This document shows positions 9,373-18,564 of a DNA stretch of 64,000 nucleotides, piece after piece; position 1 is the stretch's first letter, and every line of letters begins with the position of its first letter. The notes under the pieces were generated by a model. It did no database searches, was not told the DNA's origin, and worked only from the letters and a program-made list of their open reading frames with translations. A program made the position numbers and the translations under genes. The DNA is from Nitrospinales bacterium (lineage in GTDB: Bacteria; Nitrospinota; Nitrospinia; Nitrospinales; VA-1): positions 512,001 to 576,000 of the forward strand of contig OZ253496.1 of the NCBI GenBank assembly GCA_965262115.1. Reading direction: 5' to 3'.

Positions 9373-10260
9373 CTAATGCCCTGCCACCTTTCTTTTCATC
9401 TTTTCCTGGCTAACTGTAACTTCACGAACTGGGAATTCAAAACCCAAATCTAATACCTGCCCATTGGTCAACTCTATTTCTTTCTCAATAATATGCGGCT
9501 CATCATAAACCGGTCGTTTGTCTGCCGCAAACTCCTTTATGTTGTAACCCTCATGCCATGCTATCAGTTTATATTTTCCTGGAGGTATGTCTTTAATTTC
9601 AAAAGCTCCATTTTTATCTGAAATACTGAAGTATGGATGCGGCAATCCAAGCATCCATCCATTCATATGTATATGAGTATCACATTGATATCGATTGATT
9701 CCTCTCACTCTCTTAAGCTTTTTCCTGGTCATCCGATTCCGGTCCGGGAGTGGCGTATTAAACAAGGTAGCCCCATTTGATCCGAATGCGTGGGGATTAT
9801 GCAAAAGATTTTCCATATTATATAAACCAACATTTCTAGTATATACAAAACCAAAAACATGCTCTTCAAAGTTACATAATTGGCTCTCAGGGCGCTGGTT
9901 TTTATCAAGACCGGCATGAAGCACTTCTGGACTATTAACTTTAATCTTTGCTTTTTTATCTGCAAGCGGTTTACCTTCTGGTACCGCTTCAAGATAGACA
10001 GCTGTGAACTTGACACCTCTATTAGTCGGGTTAACCACCAGAGCAGGGTTGAAAACCTCCTGGCCACATTTATCCATATGTTTAAAAACGGTTATCGGTG
10101 GTAGTGCCGGTATATCCCCTTTCCATTTAGCGACACCCCTGATTGTCGCCCCATTTCCAACCTCTATTTCTTTATATTTGATTTTGGCTGCAATAGCAGA
10201 GCCTGCACCAAAATTCATGATCATAGTGGCAAATGCCATAACAAACACTATCTTCTTCAT
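9373..10260 (-). CDS. Exported cupredoxin-like / carboxypeptidase-regulatory-like domain protein
   Basis: Sec signal (AIA-A); LHNPH and C-x2-H-x2-M (YQCDTHIHM); GAFEIKDIPPGKYKLIAWHE beta-sandwich motif. Confidence 0.8.
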   Translation of the reverse strand: MKKIVFVMAFATMIMNFGAGSAIAAKIKYKEIEVGNGATIRGVAKWKGDIPALPPITVFKHMDKCGQEVFNPALVVNPTNRGVKFTAVYLEAVPEGKPLADKKAKIKVNSPEVLHAGLDKNQRPESQLCNFEEHVFGFVYTRNVGLYNMENLLHNPHAFGSNGATLFNTPLPDRNRMTRKKLKRVRGINRYQCDTHIHMNGWMLGLPHPYFSISDKNGAFEIKDIPPGKYKLIAWHEGYNIKEFAADKRPVYDEPHIIEKEIELTNGQVLDLGFEFPVREVTVSQEKMKRKVAGH

Positions 10261-10281
10261 AGTTTGTTCCTCAAATTATAA

Positions 10282-10452
10282 TTACGAAACCTCGTTGCAG
10301 TCGCCATCTTCCAATACGCAAACAAAGGGTAGCATCTCTCGCCACCACCCACAACAAAGACCATACAACAGACCAGCAGGTCCTATAGGCGATGCCAACC
10401 ACTTCCCCATCCCACCTTGCCGTTTGGCTTTTTCTAATGCGCCAAACGGCAT
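10282..10452 (-). CDS. Unannotated 56-aa Cys/Trp-rich peptide
   Basis: MPFGALEKAKRQGGMGKWLASPIGPAGLLYGLCCGWWREMLPFVCVLEDGDCNEVS*. GGGGTGAG RBS; fills the gap between 10466 and 10260 with 13-bp and 21-bp spacers. Confidence 0.7.
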   Translation of the reverse strand: MPFGALEKAKRQGGMGKWLASPIGPAGLLYGLCCGWWREMLPFVCVLEDGDCNEVS

Positions 10453-10465
10453 ATCTCACCCCCGT

Positions 10466-13400
10466 TTAATTATTTGAATAACCTCGATGCGTTACAACTT
10501 TTGCACTTTGGTCAGAAACAGCCTCAGAAGGCTGATCGGAAATGCCGCCTGGGCTCTTGGAATCAGCAACCTCGGTCGCATCACCACCAAGTAACTCAAC
10601 AGGTTTCCGGGCATAAAAAACTTGTGTTTCATTGTTATATGAGAGCGTAAGGCTAAAGTTGTCTTCTGGCCACCCAGTTGCTACTTTTATTTGTCCTTTT
10701 GCTCCACCACTTTTTTCAGCTTCAATTAATTTTTGAATAATATTAATTGGCTTACCAGTCTTTGCAACATCTCTTTGCAAATTCATTATTAAAGCAATAT
10801 CTTCCCTTGTCGCGGGCTTCTTCTTCCCCCGAACATAAGATCTTGAGATAAAGAAATACGGGTCTTTAGGCGGGAACTGAGGAAACGCATAACCATTTTG
10901 TACATCCACAAAAATCTTTTTAAACTCATCACTTTGAATGTAATCAACGATCTTGTATATTTCCTCTTTTGTCAAAACTGATCCCATCCCATCACGATTT
11001 CCGATCCCCCACTCTGGCATTAGTCTTGTAAAACGTCCATTGTGAGGAACTTCAAACATATCATCACGGGTCCTGACAAGTGAATCTGCCTCATAAGAGA
11101 TCCCCGTGATTCCTTCCCCGGTATAACCGTGACAATGCGCACAGTTCATCTCGAAAATTTGCCGTCCTGTCAAAGTAGAACCTCGTTTAAATGGTTTTGC
11201 AGGCGGCAAAGTTTGAACCGTTCCATCCCAACGCAAAAGCTCCCCTCTTTGCTCCCAACCTTTTTCATCAACCATAACTTCATAGTCGATTTTGACTGGC
11301 AGTTTCATTTCTTCAGAAGCTTTCTCCTGGGATAGAGCTTTGTATGCGTAACGGATATCTCCTCCATACATTTCAGCCCAGTGCTTTTGTCCTTTCAAAT
11401 TGTTAAAAGCCTTGTTTTCTCCAGGATTGGCTATATTTACAGCCACTTCAAGTGCCAGCGTTGGAGCAATCCCAAATTCCCCATCGCCACTACCAAGCCA
11501 AGGAACGCCATCGTTATCCCAGTCCCTTGACCCAACACCAATCGCTAACTCACCACTTCTGTTTTCTTCTGACTGTATCATTCCTGTCATCATCAAAGTC
11601 TGCACTGACCAACGGGAAAACTTGCTTACCAATGGTTTGGTCATATGTATAGGAGTAGCAAACATCATTTCCCGATACGCGCGCAACTGAGCCGAAATAT
11701 CTAAAGAATGAATCCTCACAGTATCATCGCCCAAACGACTCCTGAACAGACCAGTTGGTTCGTGCCAAAAATTTTCCCAAATATAATTCCAGGTTTGTCT
11801 TGCCCCTTCAACATATTCAAGATCATCCGTAAGTTTATATGCTTCAAGCAAAGCAAAAACTCCCGTAAAATTTGGGCGGCCTAAATCACATGCGCCAGTT
11901 GGTTTTGAGGAAGTAACATCATAAGAAACACAAAACTCCCCATTTTCTCCCTGAACACCCAACAGGAAGTCGGCATTCTTTTTGAGTAACTCCGTAGCCA
12001 GCTTTGTCAATTCTGGTTCCAGGTCATCCTTGTCAGGTGTTGCAAGAAGTGCCTGGGGATCTCGCATGCGGTCTACATACTCTTTTAACCCGATAAATGT
12101 CAATCCCATGTCTGTAATCTTTATTTCATTACCTACTCCAGGATTTTTAAGTTTCTTTCCAATCCACCAGCTGGTTTTTTTGGGTTCCCATGTCGAAACA
12201 AGAATACCGTTCCTGGTATGCATCGCTACGATATTCCTCAGGACCATATTTGCCAGATAATGCGGTACCGCGCCAAGACTTTTCTCAAGTATCCCTCCGT
12301 CTACAGGCGGATTGTCTGTAAACATGTCTGTCATCCTGTATGTTGTCTGAAAGAAGTGTGAGTTTCCCCAAAGTAACGCGCCTTGATCAAAAAGCAAACT
12401 TCGCGGATCATCTACCTCAAAGCCCCACTGGCGCTCTGGAAGATCACCGGCAAGAAGCAAGTTAGGCCAAATTCTGTGCGGAAAATATCTCAGCCCATTT
12501 TTGGGGTCATAAGTCGCGGGATTGATTCCACCCAATTCACCATCCTCGTTGGCGACCAACTGGGCTTTTAACGCCAAAACCTGATTAGCTCTTGTCGTAG
12601 CCAAGGCCATACCCCTGAACCCTTCCTCAGCGTCATTTCCAGCCAAGACAATTCTCTTGGCCTGGTTGCTGGGAGACTCACCTGTATGAGTAGCTTTCCA
12701 CATATAGTCCACCCACATACTAGCCCTTTTAAGCATAATTCCAACGCCACCCATATCTATGTACTTAACCATTTTGTCGCGATCCCATCTCCACTGCCTG
12801 TTACTGAAAAAGTATTTAGGCACCCCCCATTTTCCATTCTTCCCGCTTTGGGGGTCAACAAAGTTATCAGCAACGGGAGTTGGGGCAACAAAATGCGGAT
12901 CACCCGATTCAAACTCCAGGTATGCGGGTTGGCCATCATCTGGAAACCTCGGAATCCCAACACGTTTCCAAACTAGTGGAAAGTACCACTGAAGCATCAC
13001 GTCTTTATTAGATAAGGTGCGCTCCCCGCGATCTCTCTCAAGACGATTATATGAGGATAATTCTAATGCCTTCATGGTGAAATAAGGGCCATTCACCATA
13101 TTTATTCCGGCGTGGCTTGCAGCAAAACCAAAACCCAGGTTATTTCGAGCACTCCAATACATTTGTTGATTGGTCATCCAAATGAAAGCCGCGTTGTGCT
13201 CCAATGGCAGGGCTGCCCGGACCATATTTGATAAACCTGTTTGACTGATTTCAAACTCTTCATTAGCCGCCCATTGTTGGTACTTGGGTTTAAAGGTCCT
13301 ATCAAGGATTTTTACTTCTGGAAGTTTGCTCCTGTAGGGGCTTAAGTCAGGCTGAAATGTTCCTTCTTTGAGAATAACCATTCTGCCATCAGGTGTGTTT

Positions 13401-13516
13401 ATGTAGTAGTCCGCGTTTGCCGTGGATGACATGAGAAAAACCAAAAAAAGAGAAAAACATATACCATGTGCTTGTCTAAAAAGTGCTTGTCTAAAAACCG
13501 TATTTAAATTATTCAT
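10466..13516 (-). CDS. Large exported protein with C-terminal monoheme cytochrome c domain and a probable (alpha/alpha) barrel segment
   Basis: Signal peptide ending ANA; a single CAHCH with downstream LMPEW (candidate axial Met); ALLEAYKLTDDLEYVEGARQTWNYIWENFW helical-barrel-like motif; DWDNDG Ca-binding-like motif. Confidence 0.85.
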   Translation of the reverse strand: MNNLNTVFRQALFRQAHGICFSLFLVFLMSSTANADYYINTPDGRMVILKEGTFQPDLSPYRSKLPEVKILDRTFKPKYQQWAANEEFEISQTGLSNMVRAALPLEHNAAFIWMTNQQMYWSARNNLGFGFAASHAGINMVNGPYFTMKALELSSYNRLERDRGERTLSNKDVMLQWYFPLVWKRVGIPRFPDDGQPAYLEFESGDPHFVAPTPVADNFVDPQSGKNGKWGVPKYFFSNRQWRWDRDKMVKYIDMGGVGIMLKRASMWVDYMWKATHTGESPSNQAKRIVLAGNDAEEGFRGMALATTRANQVLALKAQLVANEDGELGGINPATYDPKNGLRYFPHRIWPNLLLAGDLPERQWGFEVDDPRSLLFDQGALLWGNSHFFQTTYRMTDMFTDNPPVDGGILEKSLGAVPHYLANMVLRNIVAMHTRNGILVSTWEPKKTSWWIGKKLKNPGVGNEIKITDMGLTFIGLKEYVDRMRDPQALLATPDKDDLEPELTKLATELLKKNADFLLGVQGENGEFCVSYDVTSSKPTGACDLGRPNFTGVFALLEAYKLTDDLEYVEGARQTWNYIWENFWHEPTGLFRSRLGDDTVRIHSLDISAQLRAYREMMFATPIHMTKPLVSKFSRWSVQTLMMTGMIQSEENRSGELAIGVGSRDWDNDGVPWLGSGDGEFGIAPTLALEVAVNIANPGENKAFNNLKGQKHWAEMYGGDIRYAYKALSQEKASEEMKLPVKIDYEVMVDEKGWEQRGELLRWDGTVQTLPPAKPFKRGSTLTGRQIFEMNCAHCHGYTGEGITGISYEADSLVRTRDDMFEVPHNGRFTRLMPEWGIGNRDGMGSVLTKEEIYKIVDYIQSDEFKKIFVDVQNGYAFPQFPPKDPYFFISRSYVRGKKKPATREDIALIMNLQRDVAKTGKPINIIQKLIEAEKSGGAKGQIKVATGWPEDNFSLTLSYNNETQVFYARKPVELLGGDATEVADSKSPGGISDQPSEAVSDQSAKVVTHRGYSNN
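13468..13497. repeat. 15-bp perfect tandem duplication (GTGCTTGTCTAAAAA x2) in the signal-peptide region
   Basis: Visible directly; in-frame, gives FRQALFRQAH. Confidence 0.9.
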
Positions 13517-13553
13517 TTAATTTACCTGACTTGAAAGGTTCGGTTAAATTGAT

Positions 13554-14873
13554 TTAGAAAGTTACTGACATACCCAGATTCGCCACATAAGGCGGACTTG
13601 GACCCTTGTGAGGTTGCACAACTCTACCCAAGAGAGTTGCCGTAAACCTGACCAAAGGGTCTGGGCTAAAAATAATACTTGGACCGACAAGGCTGAGCCA
13701 ACCACCACGAAAATTGGGTCGATCCTTGGTATCCTCACTATTAGGAAATCGAAACTTACCTCCGTAAGTATCTTGTTCTTGCCAGTTTGATATGCTGGAC
13801 AATTGAACGGAAAAGTAGTCCTTATAGACAGGTATAACTATTGAACCAAAAATAGTCGCCAGATCTCCCCGGTTTACGCCATCATGCTCCGCGTTAAATC
13901 TATAAGCTCCGCCCCAGTGGATTGCGGCGCGATCAAAAGGCGTTCCTGCCAGAAAATCCGGGAGGTCACCAGGCAGAAACTGACGAGTAAAAAACGTAGC
14001 AACCTTGTATGACATTTCACCTGTACCCAATTGCCTTCCTGCTGGAAGCGTTCCGTCATTCGTAAATCTTTTGAATACTGGCCGCCCACCCTTTTGCCCA
14101 CCTTTGGGAGTAACAGAAATCACACCATTGTCTCCCGCCCTTTTATTCGTTGATCCGTTGGGGAAATAGACCCCTGCGGCTACCGCCCACCCAACAGGCG
14201 CATTACCCTGATCCCAGATTTTCTTTTTAAACATCAAATTAACATCCTGAATCCCTTCTGACGCTCCTCCATTAAAAACACTTTTAGCCCCATTGCCAAT
14301 ATGAGGCAACTGCACTGGCCCACGGCTGGTAGAGTTCTCATAAGTAACGTTCAGCACGGCTGTAAAACTATGAAAAAACTTCTTGTCCAGATCAAATCCA
14401 TAGCGCAGGGAAGTCGTTAAAAACCTTCTCTGAGCGGTATTATCGACATGAATCAGATCAATCTCTCCATCTTTCGTAAAGTCTTCGCCTTCGACGTTCA
14501 CAAACTTGAAACTTGTAGCTACTTGAAAAAGGCCAGGCGGGAGAACAAACGCGTGGCCGCCAACAGCAGGTACCAGCAAAGGCGGTATGAAGTTCTTTAC
14601 CTGAACCTTGATAAGGTCACGTTCTAATATCGTGAATTTTTCATCAACACCAAGATTTAAAAAACGATCCTCAAATCTTCGGCCCTGCAAATAATCACTA
14701 TCATGTACTTCAGCCGGAGCAACGACTGGAGAGGGCAGTTGATCTTTTTTGTCAATCCTACTGTCAGCCGCCAAAAAAAGGGGGGGGGTGGCACAAAAAA
14801 TTATTGATCCAACCAACAATATCAAGACCAACCTGTAAGGATAAAACTTAACCTTGGATAGCATGGGTAACAT
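13554..14873 (-). CDS. Putative outer-membrane beta-barrel transporter/porin (ORF extends to 14999; likely start 14873 or 14864)
   Basis: Signal-like hydrophobic N-terminus, alternating amphipathic strands, G-x-x-D-x-x-L-x-x-K motif (GIQDVNLMFK), and C-terminal Phe (LGMSVTF). Confidence 0.75.
   Translation of the reverse strand: MLPMLSKVKFYPYRLVLILLVGSIIFCATPPLFLAADSRIDKKDQLPSPVVAPAEVHDSDYLQGRRFEDRFLNLGVDEKFTILERDLIKVQVKNFIPPLLVPAVGGHAFVLPPGLFQVATSFKFVNVEGEDFTKDGEIDLIHVDNTAQRRFLTTSLRYGFDLDKKFFHSFTAVLNVTYENSTSRGPVQLPHIGNGAKSVFNGGASEGIQDVNLMFKKKIWDQGNAPVGWAVAAGVYFPNGSTNKRAGDNGVISVTPKGGQKGGRPVFKRFTNDGTLPAGRQLGTGEMSYKVATFFTRQFLPGDLPDFLAGTPFDRAAIHWGGAYRFNAEHDGVNRGDLATIFGSIVIPVYKDYFSVQLSSISNWQEQDTYGGKFRFPNSEDTKDRPNFRGGWLSLVGPSIIFSPDPLVRFTATLLGRVVQPHKGPSPPYVANLGMSVTF
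14773..14788 (-). repeat. C9-T7 homopolymer tract in the signal-peptide coding region of the beta-barrel gene
   Basis: A7G9 on the + strand, encoding T-P-P-L-F-L; currently in frame. Confidence 0.85.
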
Positions 14874-15013
14874 CAGTTCTTTCTTCAATTTAGGATTCCT
14901 AACAATTAAGGTTATGAAAATCAGGTGCGAAATTATGAACGACATAGTTGGAAAGGAGAAGCAGATGACTCTCTGGCCATTCCTCTGCATAATCCCCATG
15001 CCTTAACTGATTA

Positions 15014-15482
15014 AAGCGTATCACAAACTACAAGCTGAAGCGTATCACAAACTACAAGCTGAAGCGTATCACAAACTACAAGCTGAAGCGTATCACAAAC
15101 TACAAGCTGAAGCGTATCACAAACTACAAGCTGAAGCGTATCACAAACTACAAGCTGAAGCGTATCACAAACTACAAGCTGAAGCGTATCACAAACTACA
15201 AGCTGAAGCGTATCACAAACTACAAGCTGAAGCGTATCACAAACTACAAGCTGAAGCGTATCACAAACTACAAGCTGAAGCGTATCACAAACTACAAGCT
15301 GAAGCGTATCACAAACTACAAGCTGAAGCGTATCACAAACTACAAGCTGAAGCGTATCACAAACTACAAGCTGAAGCGTATCACAAACTACAAGCTGAAG
15401 CGTATCACAAACTACAAGCTGAAGCGTATCACAAACTACAAGCTGAAGCGTATCACAAACTACAAGCTGAAGCGTATCACAA
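15014..15482. repeat. Perfect tandem repeat of 24-bp unit AAGCGTATCACAAACTACAAGCTG, 19 full copies plus 13 bp
   Basis: Exact 24-bp periodicity with no spacers and no variant units seen. Confidence 0.97.
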
Positions 15483-15579
15483 GGGCCATGACTATCATGA
15501 CTGTAATGTAAGGTACCGCCTGATAGCAGAGTTTATTCTGACTACTGGAAAGGCATAATACATTGGATGTTTCGGATTT

Positions 15580-15709
15580 CAGACACTAACCAGACACTAA
15601 CTGGTGGTACAAAGCCGATGTTGCTTTGTGCTAAACTGTAAGGTGAACCGAAAGAAGGGGCAGTCTCTATGTCTATTAGACTATTACAGGTTACATAGAC
15701 TATTACAGG
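15580..15709. repeat. Short direct repeats: CAGACACTAAC x2 (15580-15601) and TAGACTATTACAGG x2 (15677-15709)
   Basis: Visible directly; periods of 11 bp and 19 bp. Confidence 0.85.
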
Positions 15710-15872
15710 AATTGTTTTTATTGTGATTAATTAGAGGTAGTGCTAATTCTCATGGGAACTAAAGTCGTTCCTCCAAAGTGAAAATCATGTTGTTGAACGA
15801 TTTGGGGAATACACGAAAACCATTTTCCGGTGATTCGAGGCGTTTTCGCAAAAACCATGCCTCATCGAAGAT

Positions 15873-16517
15873 ATGAGCATTGAAAACCCGGAAAATTTCT
15901 CCCCTTCTTTTTCTCAAGACTGGCACACGAAAGATCTGGAAATGATCAGCCATATTGAGGTATTTCAGAAGAAACCCGTCATACTTAAAAAGGTTGAAAG
16001 CCGTCTAAACAAACTTAAAGAAGCAATGGCTGTCGAGTTGCTGTCTTGTGTTCACCAATTACCACCAGGAACAGATATTGAAAAAGGACAAATTGCCAGA
16101 GGTGAGAATCATAACGAGTTCCCCTTTTTGTCTCTGGATATTCCACAGAACTTTTCCAAAACCGAGATGTACACCTATCGAACCCTCTTCTGGTGGGGGC
16201 ATTATCTTGGGTTTTCCCTGATCTTGAAAGGTGACAAGCTAAAAATCTATTTTCAACGCCTATCCACCGCCTGCAACGAACCGTCCTTTCAGGATGTCTA
16301 CATCTCTCTGGCCCTCACCCCGTGGGAATGGCGCCATGGCAAGAAATATTTCGCGCCAGTGAGCAACCAACAGGCCTGGACTGACCCATCAAACCTTTTA
16401 GATCATATGAAGATCATGCGGTTTTATTCTGTCGCTGATGAATCGTTTAAAGAGTTAGACTGGACAGAAGCCGGAATAAAGTTCTGGAAGGACATGGCCC
16501 CTGTTTGCCTGGGTTGA
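15873..16517 (+). CDS. Conserved-looking hypothetical protein
   Basis: 214 aa; motif-like IARGEN...PFLSLDIP...YRTLFWWG. Confidence 0.75.
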   Translation: MSIENPENFSPSFSQDWHTKDLEMISHIEVFQKKPVILKKVESRLNKLKEAMAVELLSCVHQLPPGTDIEKGQIARGENHNEFPFLSLDIPQNFSKTEMYTYRTLFWWGHYLGFSLILKGDKLKIYFQRLSTACNEPSFQDVYISLALTPWEWRHGKKYFAPVSNQQAWTDPSNLLDHMKIMRFYSVADESFKELDWTEAGIKFWKDMAPVCLG

Positions 16518-16549
16518 CCACACCCTCTGTAACAAATAATTCAACCTTG

Positions 16550-17059
16550 TCATTTTTGCACATATACCAATGGATGTTTCCAAAGGATTTTACTGGCGGG
16601 GATCACTCTCAGCTTTCCAGAGCTTGAAAAATCTTTAAAGAGCAAGACATGGTGCAGGGACGGGGCTATGGGGGAAATCCGGCTATCCGGAACATGCAGG
16701 GGAGTTGGAACCATGAACACTTTTCGTCTGCTGCCCGCGCTTTCTTCAGGAATTTCTTTTTGCATCCATTTCCCTAAAAATGGAAACTCCTCTTGAACCC
16801 CAACCGCATAAATATTTTCCAACGCAGTCCCATCCGTTTTTGAAAAAACAGCCAGACAGCCTGGCGGCAAAAATGGAGTGTGACAAGCGTCTTCGATTCT
16901 CACCCCGTAGCATGAATCCGGCAGTTCCATTGGCGGGGATATTCTGGTATAATTATTTGAAAGAAAAACCTTTTTCCCCCTCTCAGCACCGGGCTGCCTA
17001 CTTTCCCGGCTGGAGGAAAATGAGACCAGGGGAATGGAAATCTTGGAATCGTTCTTCAT
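16550..17059 (-). CDS. Hypothetical protein, possibly a degenerate S24/LexA C-terminal-like fold
   Basis: 169 aa; YGVRIEDACHTPFLPPGCLAVF loosely resembles F(A/G)LRVxGDSMxPxxxxGDxxxV but lacks the catalytic Ser. Confidence 0.55.
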   Translation of the reverse strand: MKNDSKISIPLVSFSSSRESRQPGAERGKKVFLSNNYTRISPPMELPDSCYGVRIEDACHTPFLPPGCLAVFSKTDGTALENIYAVGVQEEFPFLGKWMQKEIPEESAGSRRKVFMVPTPLHVPDSRISPIAPSLHHVLLFKDFSSSGKLRVIPASKILWKHPLVYVQK

Positions 17060-17232
17060 AGCTTTTTTCTGTTCCCTGACAAAACAGATTACAGAATTGA
17101 ATAGTTTTATATTGCTTAGGCACTTAATATTTACTGGACTATGCGTTTCATACTTTTTCCAGATGCCTTATTTTATTTGCAGAAGAGAGCATCCATAACT
17201 CTAATAAATTATTCCATACATTATAATTTTTC

Positions 17233-18564
17233 ATGAATGAATCCAATTATCAAGAGGCTCTAAACTACCTCTACAGTCTTACACAAAGCGGCATCAAACT
17301 TGGACTTAAAAATACCGCTCGGATTCTTCAACATTTCGGTGATCCTCAATTAAAAACGACCACCATTCATATCGGTGGCACCAATGGTAAAGGATCTACT
17401 GCGGCGATCACAGAATCCATTTTAAAAACATCGGGCTATAAAGTTGGGCTTTATACCTCTCCACATCTGTTGGATTTTCGCGAGCGCATACAGATTAACC
17501 GCAGAATGATCGAAAAACAGCAAACTACGGACCTGATCTTAAGAATTAAATTGGCTGTGGAAAGCCTGAAAATCCCCATCACATTTTTTGAGTTCGGAAC
17601 TATTTTAGCCTTTCTTCATTTTCGCGAACAAAATACCGATATAAACATTATTGAAGTCGGACTGGGGGGTCGGCTGGATGCCACCAATCTTTGCAAAGCC
17701 GAAATATCCATTATCACGTCCATATCCCTGGACCATACTCAATATCTTGGAGAAGATCTGAAACAAATCGCCTTTGAAAAGGCCTCAATTATAAAGGAAA
17801 ACGGTATAGTATTTGCCCATATCCCTGAAGAGGAACTGTTTCAAGTCGTCAAGAATTCGGCCAGAAAGTGTTCAGCAGACCTTTACCGGTCGGGAGTGGA
17901 TTTCCAGGTGACCCCTGAAGCCGGAAATGAAGAGAAAAACATCTTCAGCTACAAGTGGGGCTCCCGGGTTCTAAATAACCTGATTCTGTCCCTTAATGGC
18001 CATTTTCAAAGGAATAACGCAGGGTTGGCCCTGTCAGCTTGTTTGAAGTTAAATGAACGCGGGCTCAATATTGAAGAAAAACACATAAGGCAAGGCTTGG
18101 AAACGGTTACCTGGGAAGGCCGGTTGGAAACAGTTTTCTCGCACCCCACAGTGGTGTTGGATTGCGCCCACAATGGAGCCAGCGTCAGAAACATGACACT
18201 GGAATTGCGCAAAAACTTTAAGTTTTCCCGCTGTTTTATTGTTTTGGGACTCATGCAGGACAAAAAAATTGATGAAGTCATCAAAATTTTAAGTCAGTTT
18301 GGGGATCAGTTTTTCCTGGTATCGGTCAATCCTCCTCGGGGAGAAGCTCCAGAAAAACTGGCTGAGAAACTGAAAGTTCACAATAAACCGTCTCAGGTTT
18401 TCGGGACTGTTTTTGATGCGTTACAAGCTGTAAAACAAATCGCCAATCAGGACGACCTGATTTGTATCACGGGTTCCATTTTCCTGATTGGCGCAGCCAA
18501 AAAATGTTTTAACGATGAAAACACTTCTTTTAGTTCTGGGAATATTCTTCACTCTGACGAGTGA
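17233..18564 (+). CDS. folC: Folylpolyglutamate/dihydrofolate synthase
   Basis: IHIGGTNGKGST, YTSPHL, EVGLGGRLDATN, LDCAHN, TGS. Confidence 0.96.
   Translation: MNESNYQEALNYLYSLTQSGIKLGLKNTARILQHFGDPQLKTTTIHIGGTNGKGSTAAITESILKTSGYKVGLYTSPHLLDFRERIQINRRMIEKQQTTDLILRIKLAVESLKIPITFFEFGTILAFLHFREQNTDINIIEVGLGGRLDATNLCKAEISIITSISLDHTQYLGEDLKQIAFEKASIIKENGIVFAHIPEEELFQVVKNSARKCSADLYRSGVDFQVTPEAGNEEKNIFSYKWGSRVLNNLILSLNGHFQRNNAGLALSACLKLNERGLNIEEKHIRQGLETVTWEGRLETVFSHPTVVLDCAHNGASVRNMTLELRKNFKFSRCFIVLGLMQDKKIDEVIKILSQFGDQFFLVSVNPPRGEAPEKLAEKLKVHNKPSQVFGTVFDALQAVKQIANQDDLICITGSIFLIGAAKKCFNDENTSFSSGNILHSDE

Noticed and set aside
10271..10459. 62-aa ORF from the track
   Set aside because: Its GTG start lies within the RBS of the 10282-10452 ORF and has no RBS of its own; the 56-aa frame fits better.
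14973..14990. Sigma54 promoter (TGGC-N8-TGCA) pointing into the repeat array
   Set aside because: Only the GG-N10-GC spacing matches; the other consensus positions are poor.
15014..15482. CRISPR array
   Set aside because: Units are contiguous and identical with no spacers, and no cas genes are present.
15007..15560. Repeat-protein CDS (EAYHKLQA)n, (KRITNYKL)n or (LVVCDTLQ)n
   Set aside because: Each stop-free frame has a stop shortly upstream with no ATG/GTG/TTG start or RBS.
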